Source: Lingula anatina
Lineage: Eukaryota; Animalia; Brachiopoda
DNA length: 64,000 nucleotides
Assembly (NCBI GenBank): GCA_051362555.1
Contig: CM120641.1
Location: 21,018,001 to 21,082,000 of the forward strand
Reading direction: 5' to 3'
Part shown: one piece after another, positions 1-13,848 of the stretch
Position numbering within the stretch: position 1 is the first letter of the stretch
How the letters are laid out: each line of letters starts with the position of its first letter
Notes under the pieces: model-generated
Databases searched by the model: none
Seen by the model: only the letters and a program-made list of their open reading frames with translations
Told to the model about the DNA's origin: nothing
Program-made: the position numbers and the translations under genes

Positions 1-1880
1 GAGCAAAAAATGTTTAGAATTTTTTTGGTTAATAGAGGTATATTCAGCAATTTATGTTCAAAAAGCAATCTTTTAAAACTTTTTTTTCACAAATTATTGT
101 TTTCAAGGTTAAATATTTTGGGTAAACAATTAATTCTTTAATTCTTTTTAGATTCCATTACATACCATCAAGGGTTATCAATTTTTTCTTCAAAGTCATT
201 AGATCTTTTACGTGTTGTACCATTTTCAATCTTTAATGAGAAATGCGTTCACATTTTTCACACCAAATGCAATTCTCTGCAAAGCATCTTCTTGAATATT
301 TTTTCCATATGAAACACAATTCAATATATTAAGTCTACTCTTAGATCTTTTCAGTGAACTACTCTTCAGTCGATAGAAATGCACGCCATGGGTGATTAAT
401 GAAAGCTCATTATCTTTTCTTTGACTGACCCAACCTTCAGTGGGACTATTTCTTCTCACATTATTCCTTTCCTATGCATAATGCATCAATAGTAGATAAC
501 ACACATCTTGATAAGAAGAAATCTAGAGCAATAACGGACATATTCTTTTAAGTCTGTTCCAATCATAAGGAACAAAACCAAATTATCTAATCAAAGGACT
601 GCATTTTGCAATCTTCACACATTTGCTGTTGCTTCACAAATCACGAATGTGAAGTAGAATGCAGCTGTCTAGAAAGGAGAAGTAAATGTATTGGAATGCA
701 GGCCTTCACACTGATTATGCTACAAAACATTTTTCTTGGGACTTGATTGTATTGATTTCTTTGTAAAGGCTTCTCCATGAACACCTTAAATTGGCTTTCA
801 ATGGCTATCAGCCATCTACATATATGTTTAGTGCAGTTATCATTACCCAAAGGTTTAATTTTTTTTCGTGGCCAAGCAAATGTTTCAGACCAGAGTTACT
901 AAAATAATATTAACAACAAAAACCAGCAGCTTAAGTGGTTTGTTTTTGAAAAACAAATACCAACAAAAGAAAAAAAAAACAAATTAAAAAAACTGCTTGG
1001 ATTCTTTCTGAGAACTGAAACAAATACCAGTCATTTCTAATCAAACTGGGAAAGAATTTCTTCCCCAAACACATCCCTTTGGGACCATCATCAGCCAATC
1101 TTTGCTTCTCTTGAACCTCAGTTGTGTGCTAACCTATTACAAGCATGATAAAGGACTTCTGCTTCTGGGAATGCTACTAATGAGAACATTGCTCCATTTC
1201 AGCCCATCAAGACAAAGTTTGTCTAATTTTACTGTATATTCTGAGGTGAATACCAACAACAGCAGTAGTCAGTTACAAACTTTAAAATGACACTGTGCAA
1301 TACAGAAGAATGCCTTTCCTATCCAAAAGCATATACGGGAATTACTTTATCTTTTCAATGGGGAAAGATGTACTGTAATTGGTCAAGATTTCTTAAAATA
1401 AGAACATTCCTATTGAGTGTTAGCTAAAAAAAAATTAAATTAAAAAGCAGGCTACTCTATAGTTCTTTTCTATGCAGTAAAAGCACCTCAAATGCTAAAT
1501 AGAATTTTTTTTAAATTACAAAATTATGTATCTGAAATTTTGGTAATTTTTGCTCATTTGAAAGATCGAGTCATTACCCTAGAGTTTATTTATTTAGTAA
1601 AAATCCAACAGTAATTTGGGGTATGGAGTTATTAAGAGTGGGATTTTATAATCTCTAATAATAACTAGTTCTTAAATTATGCTATCTCTACATGATAATT
1701 TAAGTGAATCAAATTCAGAAATTACTAAGAAGATTTTCATTTCATTAGGGTTTTCAAATATTTTTGCAAACCACAAGAAGCAAATTAAAATTGCTACAAT
1801 TTCCCCTGATTCCTTAATTTTGTGCTTGGTAGCTTCCATCTTCCATTCCTTGTTATTTCACAATATGTCACTTCTAGAAT

Positions 1881-1889
1881 CAAGGATAT
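1881..1889 (-). other. U12-type (AT-AC) minor intron 5' splice site
   Basis: Minus strand reads GAA GT|ATATCCTTG, an exact RTATCCTT match at the point where RasGRP similarity stops. Confidence 0.8.
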
Positions 1890-1995
1890 ACTTCTATCAA
1901 CTTCTGAGCTAACTCTTCAGATGAGATGAACCATCTATGCATAAGGAACAGGACTCTGGGGAAGTCTGTACTGTCTATTACTGCGCCATTTTCAT
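1890..1995 (-). CDS. RASGRP: RasGRP-like Ras guanyl-releasing protein, coding exon (REM domain); gene continues beyond the left edge
   Basis: Not in the ORF track. Hand translation (D)ENGAVIDSTDFPRVLFLMHRWFISSEELAQKLIE(V) matches the RasGRP REM pattern FDxxG..PRxxLLMHRWxxSSxELAxKL. Acceptor ttttcttgcag, phase 1, compatible with the previous exon; followed by ATATCCTT. Confidence 0.9.
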
Positions 1996-3011
1996 CTGCA
2001 AGAAAACCAGCAAGAAAATGAAAAATCAATATGCGAGGGTCAGCAAGGTGTGGGGGGCTGCCAGTTAAATCAAAACTAAAGGCATGTATACATCAGGACT
2101 AACTTGACCTCCACTTGACTAACTGACATCACCCAATAGATAATCAAATTGTGACAAGTAAACCAGGGGCCCGTTTTGTGGGAGAACACACTACAGCCAA
2201 AAAATTGGTGAAAATTCTGGTCTCTTTTGACCCAAGAGAAATCAGTAGTACGTTATTAGGCCAATCAAAAGCAACATTGCGTCCTGTTTTATTACAAGAA
2301 AGGCATGACTGCATGATGTTTCAGACCAATTCTTGATTTGTTCAAGTGGTCACTTCTGTGGATGCATCTTGAACTAGAAAAGACCAAATGTATGGTCTCA
2401 AAGTTTAGACCAAATTTGGGCTTACTACTAGTTGTAATGCAAAACCACCCCCACCCCCCTTACAAGAGCATAAAGCCCAATAAACTATGGTCATCTTGTG
2501 ATATCAAACTATTCTCTGTGTGAATGAGTCTGATCATTCCCAATGGCAGACAAAGACAGTAAAACACAGATGGTGTGAAACAGAGTAAAAAAGGAATTCA
2601 AGTTGTAACATAAACTACTAGGTTTTTCTTTTTTTATTAAGGGAATTAAATAATGCACAATGAGTAGTGAAGATAACCTGAATAAAGGAGACTGCAAGAC
2701 ACCATGCAGTTGCTTCATAATATTAGCAACATATATGTACAATTTGCATAATATTATCTTATTTTGCCAAAGCAATACACTTCTTAGAAATCTATGCATT
2801 CACTTTTTAGCATTCAGTTTTAAAATCCCACATAAAGTGAATCAATTTCTTTTGTTCAAGACAGTTAAAAAAAATTACCAGATACGTTTCAGACTGAGTC
2901 AAACGTGCTAAAACATGTTGCACATAACCAATAAATTCGTGACAGCTGAATTAGTCCAAAAAGATCTGTCAAAGCCTTCTTAACACATAAAAAAACTTGG
3001 AACATCAATGA

Positions 3012-3164
3012 TTTTTTCACCGAATCTGGAACACTTATGTAAGACATCATTATACTACCACTATTAGCCCAATTTGCTTCAGTTCTGGAATTTTTTCACC
3101 TAATCTGGAACACTAATGTAAGAAATTATACCACCACTATTAGCCCAATTTGCTTCATTTCTGG
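3012..3164. repeat. Two-copy tandem duplication, unit about 78 bp
   Basis: ttttttcacc(g/t)aatctggaacac...ctattagcccaatttgcttca(g/t)ttctgg occurs twice head to tail. Confidence 0.9.
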
Positions 3165-4727
3165 GACATTCCAAGGAATTACGTATTATAAGTGCCTGGG
3201 CTACCAGTTTATTCACTGCACTTTCTTGCCAGCTGCAGAGAGAGTCTATTTGATCCAGAGTAATTGATGCCTAATGATGGAACGAAGCAGATTTCTCCAG
3301 GTCTTTGACCCTGAACATGTTTTGCAATTGGCTTCTAGGCCAACTAACACTGCTCATTTCCAGGGGTATTCTATGTGTTTATTTTCATAATTGCAACTGA
3401 AGATTTTTTTTCATAGAATCGTCTTAAAGCCCTAGCTGTAGTGTACTTTCAATCATGAGTCCAGGTAATAAACCCAGCAGAAGATTTTTATTGTGTTAAG
3501 GCTCTTTCGGAAGACGAACAGGTATTTTTATTGAAAGGCAAATTCATTATAGAAAATGGGTGATTTTCTTTCAAAATTGACTTTGGGATCTCAAGATTGT
3601 CAGCCTTGAGGCCGAGCCTGTATGACAGGTTCTGATCAGAAATGTCCATTAAATAAATATAGTTTGAAAGAAGAACTAAGTAACCTTGTCTTAAGTGTTT
3701 AGCTTAACACTGATCAAATTTTGCCAATGTTAAAATCAATTTCTGCAAAACACCAACCTTCAGACTAATGATGGGCATAATTCACTTTGTCTATGGTATG
3801 GGATGTGTAACTGGTTCATAATTTACATTAAACAGTGTCAATTTTTTTATTTTGCATAGAAATCATACACCCTTGGTGCACTTAAAGGCCAAATTATTCA
3901 ACTTTAACATGTACTGAATTTTGTAGGCAAAAAAAATCAATTCAAAAGTTCTTCAGTGTTATCAAACACTGCCCCTCGCTGTCACAGGGAAAAAATACCA
4001 TTAAAGGACATCAGGGGTTATGTGTCCTATAAACTTCAAAATGTTCAAAATTGCAAAAGTTTATGTCTCCAATTCAGGGGATTATACAGCCCTGACCTTA
4101 TTTCACAGAGTAACAAGCACCTACATAGCAGACTATTTATATATTTATATCTATTCTGCCCTTCCTCTCCCCAACCAAACACAATTCAAGCTGTAAGTAT
4201 ATGCATTTAATCCATTTTTTGCTATTTGCACTGGACGAATAATTTATTTTCAAAAATATTTAATTTACCACATTTTAATTATAGCTGTCAGTTATGATGC
4301 CATGCCATGTCATGATAATCTGTGTTTTTTATATGACCAGCAATATCATGGCTAATTGATCAGAATACGAGACATTATATTGAAACCTTAATTTCACTTG
4401 ACAATTAAAGCACCAACTCTATTATTAATGATGGATGCTATATGAGTCTTTCAATGAATATGCATACTGATAAATACTAACTATATATACTGTATTTTTA
4501 TCAAACTTACTTATACAAGGCTTCAATTTAATGATGGGTTTTTTATTTATTTTTATTTTTTTTAACATTCCAAAATCAAGTGTACTATATTACTGCATTA
4601 ATCTAGCAACATGCTACGTGTAACAGTTAAATTGGGGGCTTCTTCTTGTTTTCAGGGTATGGGAGGGGGACTGCTCTAAAAAACAAGGGCAATTATTTAA
4701 GCATGGATCATTATTATGTGAAATATG

Positions 4728-4797
4728 ACATCACCTATCACTTACAAAATGAATCAACTGTGACTTCCACCAATTACTACATGGTTGCAGTATCCCA
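4728..4797 (-). pseudogene. Dead partial duplicate of the 3' end and donor site of the 5232-5399 exon
   Basis: cttacaaaatgaatcaactgtgacttccac resembles cttaccaaatgaatcaactgttgcttccac; translates TATM**LVEVTVDSF versus TATIQQLVEATVDSF. Confidence 0.75.
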
Positions 4798-5231
4798 TAT
4801 TCTAGTAATCATGGTTAACTATAGCTAAGACAATTACCATGACCCAGTTTGAAAAGGATGTTGTCACAATAGTTTATAAAACGTGTAGATCTATTATTAA
4901 TACTGTTATCAATAACAGAAAGACAACACAAAACAAAAAAATCAATACTTAACTTGGAGAGCATTTCAAGAGTGCAGAGAAAAGCACTAAATAAAATTTC
5001 GAGAATATTGTTGAAATTGCAATAACTTCTTTCCTTCCTGAATATATCTTATACAGGAAATTTTAACAAAGATTGTAAAAAAAAAAACTTTTTTGATGTA
5101 TCTCATCCATTAACAAAAAAAAAATGCAAATCTGAAAATGTAACCTCCGTAAATACATGTATAAAATACAAATATATTGAATGTTTGGAAGGTGGCACCC
5201 TGGCACAGATACATGCTCCCTTATTACTTAC

Positions 5232-5399
5232 CAAATGAATCAACTGTTGCTTCCACTAGTTGTTGGATGGTCGCTGTTCGAATCCCAATACCTGGAGAGA
5301 CAGGAGTGGCTGGACGGTCATCCTCCAAGCAACTGAGGCGCATTTGGTTCACGCGATTATCGAACATCTCTTGACCTCTTTTAGGACTCATTGGAGGTT
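5232..5399 (-). CDS. RASGRP: RasGRP-like gene, coding exon (start of REM domain)
   Basis: 168-nt exon, ttttcag acceptor and G|gtaagt donor, phase 1 at both ends; ends ATIQQLVEATVDSF, resembling RasGRP A(T/S)LDxLxxxCIxxF, and joins in frame to 1890-1995. Confidence 0.85.
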
Positions 5400-8300
5400 C
5401 TGAAAAATACATATCAAATTTAAACCAAATTGTATAACAGCTCTACTGACTTCTTTCTGAACTCATTGGAGGTTTTGAAAAAAAAAACGCAGTCACGTAA
5501 AAATCAAACCGTTCAACACAATGCTAGGCAGAAATGAAAACGGATTAAAACACAAACATGCAATGATCTTTATTTGAAATCATAACGCATCCTGCTCAGA
5601 ATATTGAACAACTAACACTTTTCCTCATTTCCACAATGCAAAGTATTGGAAAATGCCTGCTGCAGGAACCACATTATAAGTTAATAATTTACATCCAGGG
5701 TATCAAGGCTTCATACCTACATAAGGGTTCCATTGTGAATGTGACAAAAAAATTGCAATTACATTATGAAGCAGTATATCACTTTTGTATTTCAAAACAA
5801 CTGTGACAGTGTGGTATTACCTGAGTTGTAAATGCTCTAAAAAAGTACAAAGCCATATTCAGTTCAACACAAAACCAAGACAAAAGATGTTTTCACTATC
5901 CAAAGGAGATCACCTGAGATAACACAAATTTTCTTTACTTTGTGGAATTTGGGTATGAGAGGGGTAAGGAAAAATGGCAGACTAGCAATTGTGGTGTGGC
6001 AAAAATAAAAGTTGACAAAATGTATCCACGGACATTTTTTTCTGGTTGTTTTCTATTATCATTTGCACAACAGTAAAAATTCACAGTGTTTTATGTGTTA
6101 CTTCCATATTGCTTTTTAAAGTGGTATGCAGAATTTCAACATCAGGATCAAAATCTAATTATAGTGAATTTTCTACAGATTTAATTTTCCATCCCCTCTA
6201 AGGAAAAAGTTCATATGTATCTTGTATCATTCCATGTAACCTTTACTTATTCCTCACACCTAATAATAATAATGATGATGATGTTTATTAGTACAAGCAT
6301 ATTTTATAAAGGCTATGACCTTAGGTGTTAAAACAACATTAAAAAAAATAAAGGACATAAACCCTTATTATGTTAGTCATTAGATTTCCTTTTCAAGTGA
6401 ATAAATAAGTACTGTACTCAAAATTTGAATTTTACTGATTCAGAGGGAAAAAAAACAGAATGCAGATAATCGTTAACTGTTAAAAGAGGTATAAAATTTA
6501 CAGTGTAGTAACATGTTTTTTTAGGTCTATAGGCAGACAGTTGGTAATATCTAAAAAGTTGTTAAGATATCTTGAATATTGTTGATGACTTGAAAACAAA
6601 GATTACTATACCTAAGTTTACTTTGACTTCAAATACCAGATTTTATGGCTTAAAAATAACTCAAAATTTCAGGAAAATTTGTCTAAAAATAAAGTACCTG
6701 CTAGTACCTGCCCCAGTCCAGAGTATAGCTAACCAAATGCACCACATACAAACTATCTTGCCAGCTCCATACAGCAATACTGAACAGCATTTTACCTGCC
6801 TTCCCATTAGCCTTTCCTGACATAGGAGTAGCACTTTGACCTCCTTCATTAGACCTTGTACAGCAATCCCCTTACCAGGTAATGGTTCACAGAAAAAATA
6901 AAGCTGTCTGATTTTTCTGAGAATGCCAAGACACCATAGTTAACCATGCATGATGATGAGAACAAAATTGGGGCAAATGTTTACACAAGCCCTAAGGCCT
7001 GTTCAGACATAGTCCATAACAGAACAGAAATAGGTCAAAATGTATTATTAGACAAAAAGTCCACACCAAAATCGAAGCAAACCCAGAATATCTTGGGTTC
7101 TAATAGCATAAAATGACATGGGGCTTTGATGTCTGAGGCACAGTGCAGTATTTAAAGAAACCTGTAAGACATCTGATTTGTTTCCAACTTTTTTCTGCTT
7201 AATGCTTTTTACTGCAAAAGAAAAGTAAAAAATAGAATACAGTGTAGCTAAACAACAATAGTAGTATCCAGAAATAAACTAATTACAAAGGAAATTAAAA
7301 ATATATACATATATAATTCCCACACAAAAATTAACTGAATGAGTAATTGAAAATAGGTAAATTGAAAATGGTAATACATAGATACATAAAAAATAGTGAT
7401 AAATTGTTGAAAATGATAAGCATTTGTAAAAAAGGTTCCTTACTTTTGTGTGGAATTGATCAGCAATGTATTACCACTATATTACATATGCAGCAATTTC
7501 TGAAACATTCTGTCATTTGGTTCTATCTAAACCAGTTGAGCTTCAGCCACGAACCTGTAAACACTATCTATTGTTCAGCTTATGACAATAAACTATTGTA
7601 ACCACGTAAAAGAATCTAGTTGGTTATACACCTAGCTTTTGAAGAAAATTTAGATTCAACACCACTACATGCAGCATTTGTGCATTATTTCATTATTTTT
7701 ACTAGAAAACAGAAAGTTAATGCAAAATCCTGTTCCAATGTGGCTTAAACATGTAATGAGTTTTTGTCATTTCCCATGATATCATATTCATGATATTCAT
7801 TGTGTCCCAATTTCCTCGTTTATCTAGGGCATCTAGTCTCAATAAAAGACTCCATGCATGCACACTGAAATGTTGGATATCTTTTTTATTCAAATTACAG
7901 AATCAAGGACTAATGTGTTGACTGAGGCTCTCGAAGTATCAAATAAATATCTTATCCACTCTAACTATCTTATTTCATTCAATTGCAATATTTTAAATTT
8001 AAAACTCTAAAAATCTATCATTTCAATCATCTCTAATAAACAAATAAAAGGCATACAAGCAATTTTTTTTTTCGGTCATCCAGTAGAATAAGAATAATAA
8101 TTCTACATAAATCAAATTCAGGAGCTTAGGTGGTAAAAATTCAACAACAAACCAAAATTGTGACTACACCTTAAATGACACTAAATAAGGTGATCATTCC
8201 ATCCAGGTCATTGGACAGATATAGATAGATATTTTATTTATTCTGAATTGTGAGCAGAAGCACACAAATTAAAAAAAAAATTTTCTTTTCACAATATCAG

Positions 8301-10021
8301 CAAGTTCAGCATTACTTAGAGAAATGCCATGGGCGAGACTGCAACATCAGTTTGTGGTTGAAATTTTTGCGAAGTTCCAGAATTTGACTTATATATGTAT
8401 AACCATATTTAACAGATCACTGATCAAGTTAATATTCAGTCCTGACTTTCTTTTATATTCATCATCATCATCATTATATAGCAGACATGACATGACCCAC
8501 TGCTGAAACACTTATGCTTTATAGCAAAATGATCAGAAATAATCAAAGCACAATACAATCCAGTCAGACATTTCATATCTAAGATGAAGTTTATCAGTCT
8601 ATATGTGATTTGCAATAAACTATCAACTGAAATTATATATGTAAGAATGACAATTTAATGAAATTTGTTTATATATCATTTAAAAAACCTAAGAGTAGCA
8701 ATAAATAATGGTGTTTTACCAAAGTGATGCAAAATTGTAATCCTTCTGCTTCTGCTTTTACAACTCTTTAGTTCATCAACCGTTCCCTTTGCTTCAATTT
8801 TCTTTACAATCTCCCAAAACTTCATTCCAAATGTTTCTCCAAATCTGATAACAGAATCTGCAGTCAGTATTCATTGTCCTTTGTAAAACTGGCAAACACG
8901 AGAAATTCAGCTTGCAAGCCTATCAAGAGAAGGTCCATGCTGCTCATCCTCTCTATCCAAGGACAGATGACAAAAATCATTAGTTTCAGATCCAGAGAAG
9001 TGCTCCACCAAGAATTGCTGGCTTTCAGTAGACCCTTCACTTAAATGTATCTTTACACAAGAAAGTTCAAGCCACATGTCGAGATGTATAGTATGATAAA
9101 ATCACATAGACCCCATCCCTGGAAATAATAGCCCTTTCTATGATCTAGCAACAATTCTTCTTGCCTGACTACTGCTGCACTGAAGGACTTTATAATGCTG
9201 CCAGCATCTAAATTTGACCTGGCTGTCAAGGCCCTCATCAGGATTGCCTGCAAAGCATAATGCCACCATCATCTTCAGGTGGCCCCACAATAGTTAGCAT
9301 TCAGCAAATAAAATATGCTCAAGATTTATTGTGAAGTTGCAGTCTAGCTGTGGCAATCAATGCCTAATGTATATAATGAGTTTGAGCTTCAAATGCTATA
9401 GACTTCGTATCCATTTTGGAATTATTCCGAACAAAAGGATGACAGTTTCTTGCATGTACTAATGACCCTCCAAGGCAGCATCCCAGCATTTTAATCAGAT
9501 CTAACAGGATTACTTCTTTCTAACTAAAACCCAGTAAATTGCCTAGTGGGACCAGGGTCTTATAGTTCCTGGGAGTTTTACAGTGAAAACACTGAGAGAA
9601 GGGGAAAGAGTCCCTTTACCATCAGTGTCCAATCAGCTGCATGAAGTTTAAAACAAGTCTTTCAAAAGAGAAAATAAAATTATAACAAAACAATTGCACA
9701 TTTTCATTTTGATAGACTTTGGGGCAGGGGAATTATATATGATACAAATATGCAGAGATGTTAAATTTGTACATTTTATTTACCATAAGTCATGATGACA
9801 GTCCCTCTCCCATCTTTACCATATCCAACATACAGAACAAACATTTCTTTTATGCTGAATAGAATTCACTCCTTATAAATATCATGGGTATTCTTTTTTT
9901 CTTTTGAAAAATAACTGAAATATATTCTAGGGTTTATGTTATATCCCAGGCCAAAGTATTACATTGAAAGAAATATCAACAATTTTCCAACACATAAATG
10001 AATCATTCAATGAATATAAGT

Positions 10022-11700
10022 CAAGATGGCACCGTACTATGGCGACATGATCTGTCGTGCTGTAGTAATCCTTGTTATTTTACTGCCAATCTTTATCCTT
10101 ACTTTTGGATACATAACTTATTCAAGAGAGGGGTTGCTATAGGGATCAGAAATACTCATATTGATGGGAGCTGTGACATGATAAGAATACTAAATCAGGT
10201 TGAGGGTGCCGAGTATGAAGATTCAAATACATGGTGGAAGGGACGGAAGCGAGGTAAATGAGATGGGGCTATAGTCAGGCTGTGTAGCCGCAGAAATCAA
10301 TCACTGCTGCAGTGCATATTTCTCATAAATGCCCGTTCGTTGCACCACAAGGTCGATGAGCTTCACAGTCTCATCAGTACCAATCGAGATTACAGAGATT
10401 GTTCAGCCTGCTTTATCACAGAAACGTGGCTTAATAACCTTTACTAGATTTGGCCCTTCAAAGTCAAATCCTGGGATTCTCTCTATACAGATCCACCCAA
10501 TTACTCCACACTGTGGACAAAGAGCGCAGTGGTGGGGTGTGTCTTTTGATCAAAGATGTAAAGGTACTATCCAGGTCTTGTACCAAGGAACTAGAGACTT
10601 TATAGTTATTAAGTGCTGGCCGTTCTACTTGCCACAGGAGTTCACATCAGTCATTTTTACAGTTGTATATATTCTACTCGAAGTGGATGCCAAGTCGGCC
10701 ATCAGACAGCTAACACAGACTATGAAAATGCAAGCCCAGGCACAACGTCTATTGTAGCCAGGGATTTCAATCACACAAACGCAAATCTGAAAAATGGTTT
10801 ACCCAAGTATTTTCAACAAGCATCGTGTTATACCAGGAAAGATACAATATTGGACCACTGTTACACAACAATCAGGGGCGCTTATAAATCACTAAAACAA
10901 CCACTATTAGATAAGCCGGACCACAACACGATCCATCTCATCCTAGCATACAAATATCAGCTGAAATGTGAAAAACTGGTACATAGAGTAATTCATCAGT
11001 TGAGCTAAAGAACGACTTCACGACTGTTTTGCGTGTACTGATTGGGACTAATTTCTCCGTATTTGTCTGATCTTGATGAATATGTTGAAGTGACAATGAG
11101 TTACAAAAAATTCTGGGAAGAATTATGCATTCCAATTAAAACTGTTACATCATATCCGAACAACAAACCCTGATTTTGTTCCACAGTACGTAAACAACTT
11201 GTTGCCAGACAGGAACCATTCGTCTTACTAGATCTAGAGTAAAGAAAGTGGCAGGACTGGATGAGATCACACCTAGACTGTTGAAATCATGTGCTGATGA
11301 GCTCTCTGATGTTTTGTGCAATATCTACAATTGGTCTTTATGCACTAGTTAAACGAGAACTGCTGGCAAAATTTTACCGGTCAGTGATTCAGAGTGCACT
11401 GACCCTCTCTTTCACCGTCTGGTACGGTAGTGCTACAGCAGAGGACAAGAATTGCCTCGATTGTATTGTTAAACTGCCAGTCGCATTTTAGGTAGGGAAT
11501 TGCCATCAACTGAATGTTTGTATATGAGACAAGTGCTCAAGAAAGTGAAGTCAATCATGGGTGACCCTGGTCACCCAGCAAATAGTCTATTATGCCTATG
11601 TCATCAAGTCGACTACTTAAATACTTTAATGTATGTGACAATAAATTATTATTTTTTTATTGTTATTATTAATCATTTTTAGTCTTCGATGGCAAAAATC
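10022..11700 (+). mobile_element. Decayed, internally deleted non-LTR retrotransposon (Rex1/Babar-like, APE-RT)
   Basis: Frameshifted APE endonuclease motifs (FITETWL, PFYLPQEFTSV..VVYI, IVARDFNH, TRKDTILDHCY, DHNTIHL), then YPNNKP, KVAGLDEITPRLLKSCADEL, then a direct jump to the C-terminal FYRSVIQSALT..VWYGS. The RT core is missing. Ends approximate. Confidence 0.85.
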
Positions 11701-12963
11701 TTGTACACTTAAATTAGTTTTGTAAAATAAAATAGACAACAAAATATATACTTAATTATATATATATAATACATAATTACATAAAGCAGTCAAAATAATT
11801 GAATGTATCTATTTTGAATTTTAATGCCAATTAACCTGTATTGAACAGGACTCCAAACTGTCAGTGTATATCATTCAGTTTTTGGAATAAAATATGAAAA
11901 CCCTTATTACTGCTTCATTAAAATCAGTCAAAAGACTTCTTTTCTGGATTCCAGTATATCATGGGTAGATAAATCTTATGACACAGTTCTAAATTGCACC
12001 ATAACACCATTGAAAAATAATTACATGTTGGTAATGTTGCAGAAGAAGGCTTTGATTGGTTATTAGTGATGGACCAAACTTATGATTGGAGAAATGGGCT
12101 GGTGAATTGTGCAGCTAAGCCGAAAAGAGACGCATTACAGAGACCAATGTTCCTTAGTGTACTTTTGACCAAAATGGGTAGTCTGTAATCACCCCACCCC
12201 CCTCCCCCTCTCGGAGGGTGTTGGCTTTACATGAGACAAGACATGCATGATCTGTAGTCATTACACCATCCAATTCACACTCTCTAAGGTGGTACTTGAT
12301 GCATTATTTCTAAGCATTAATCCAGTTCTATGTTCAAATCTCATGTTGAATACAAATCAATGAGCCTAGCACTCACATAGTTTATCAAATGTCCAATGAT
12401 ACTACTATTTTTTATTATCTTTATTCTTTTAATCAAAATCTACATTATTTCATTTATCAATTTTTTTTGTTTGCAATTTTTGTTTTGCATTGCTTTGTGA
12501 TATACCTTTTAGCTAATATTAATTACATTCACTTACCTACTGAAATTAATGTAACTTAAAATACCCAAGCTTGTCTGTATATCTAACATTTTTCCTGACT
12601 ACTGTTTCAACAAAGAAAAATTTTTTTTACAATATGAAACAATGATTTCACCTGTCTGATCCAAGTTCATATATATATATCTAGTTTTGGTGAATTAACC
12701 TGAACTTCTGAGTCCAACACCATTTGTCTTGTCAACAAGTGCCTTTTTATTTGTCAGAGTGACTCCAGACTTTATGTACCAAATCAATGCTGCAAAAGAA
12801 TCACATTGTCTTTGATGGTTTTAATGGTTTAAGCACATTATCTAATGGCTGATGATGTAAGCTACATCTATATATAACCGGTTTCCATTGGTTACACTAA
12901 AAATGTTTAATGTACATTTTATAAATGTCACCTAACACAATAGGATTTCTCATTTGTATTTTT

Positions 12964-12971
12964 CACACACA

Positions 12972-13002
<31 letters not shown>
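12964..13002. repeat. (CA)n(GA)n compound microsatellite
   Basis: Directly visible. Confidence 0.95.
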
Positions 13003-13003
<1 letters not shown>

Positions 13004-13756
13004 ATAAACAACAGAGAAAGTAATGCAATTGTACTTATCTAACAAATTCTCCTCAAATTCACCAAATTTCACGTTAGATAGAATTAAATATATCGAAATT
13101 CATAGTTCACATATATCTAAATAATGATAATAATAACACTTTTAAATAATAAAACTAAACAAATGTGAACAAAAAGTTATTCAGACAAGCAATCAGTGCA
13201 TGTTACCAATGAATAGGGTTGCAACTCTTTTTCAAGTGCATTTATCTAGCAAATGATGCTTAGCCACATATATAGAAAACAGAAAGAATATTTGTGATTG
13301 ACATGGTATTTTGAAAGCAGGTGGGCTTAAGCTGAAAGGTTCAAAGTGGACCGTTGCCCACTATATCTGAAAAATCCCCAATGATCTAAAGCTCAGGGTA
13401 GTTTTACGTGAATGTCATGACTTCAGTTCTCAAAATGACATCATTTTTTGTCCTTCCAAAAGTGTGATTCTCTCATGGAACAAAAACAGCAAACCATCCA
13501 ATCTACATATTCCCAGTACCCTCACAGCTTGCTCACATTACCAAACAGATAAATGTCAATTTCAAATATTAATCAATATCCAGGCACGCCAACTTGGCTG
13601 AAGCAGTATTATTAACTGCTAGTACCAGTGTACCTCCCAGATTTCTAACCCAGTCAGAGGCTATCCCTCTGAACCTTAGAGGAAACTTCTCTCTCCACCA
13701 TCGGCATACTTCTACGGTTGAATTTCCAGTATCCGTTTAAACTCAGTACAGTTGTT

Positions 13757-13761
<5 letters not shown>

Positions 13762-13844
<83 letters not shown>
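13762..13844. repeat. (TA)n microsatellite
   Basis: Directly visible; generates the spurious YIYI ORFs. Confidence 0.97.

Positions 13845-13848
<4 letters not shown>

Noticed and set aside
226-850. Minus-strand stretch with a coding-like appearance
   Set aside because: Stops and frameshifts; no RasGRP or recognisable transposase motif. Possibly an old TE, but not assignable.
1361-1395. Possible U12 branch point and AC acceptor (tcttgac...tac) for the RasGRP minor intron
   Set aside because: Weak branch match, and the following frame stops after eight codons with no RasGRP similarity.
8700-9640. Purine-rich minus-strand region resembling a decayed ORF
   Set aside because: No diagnostic motif; would need a translated homology search.
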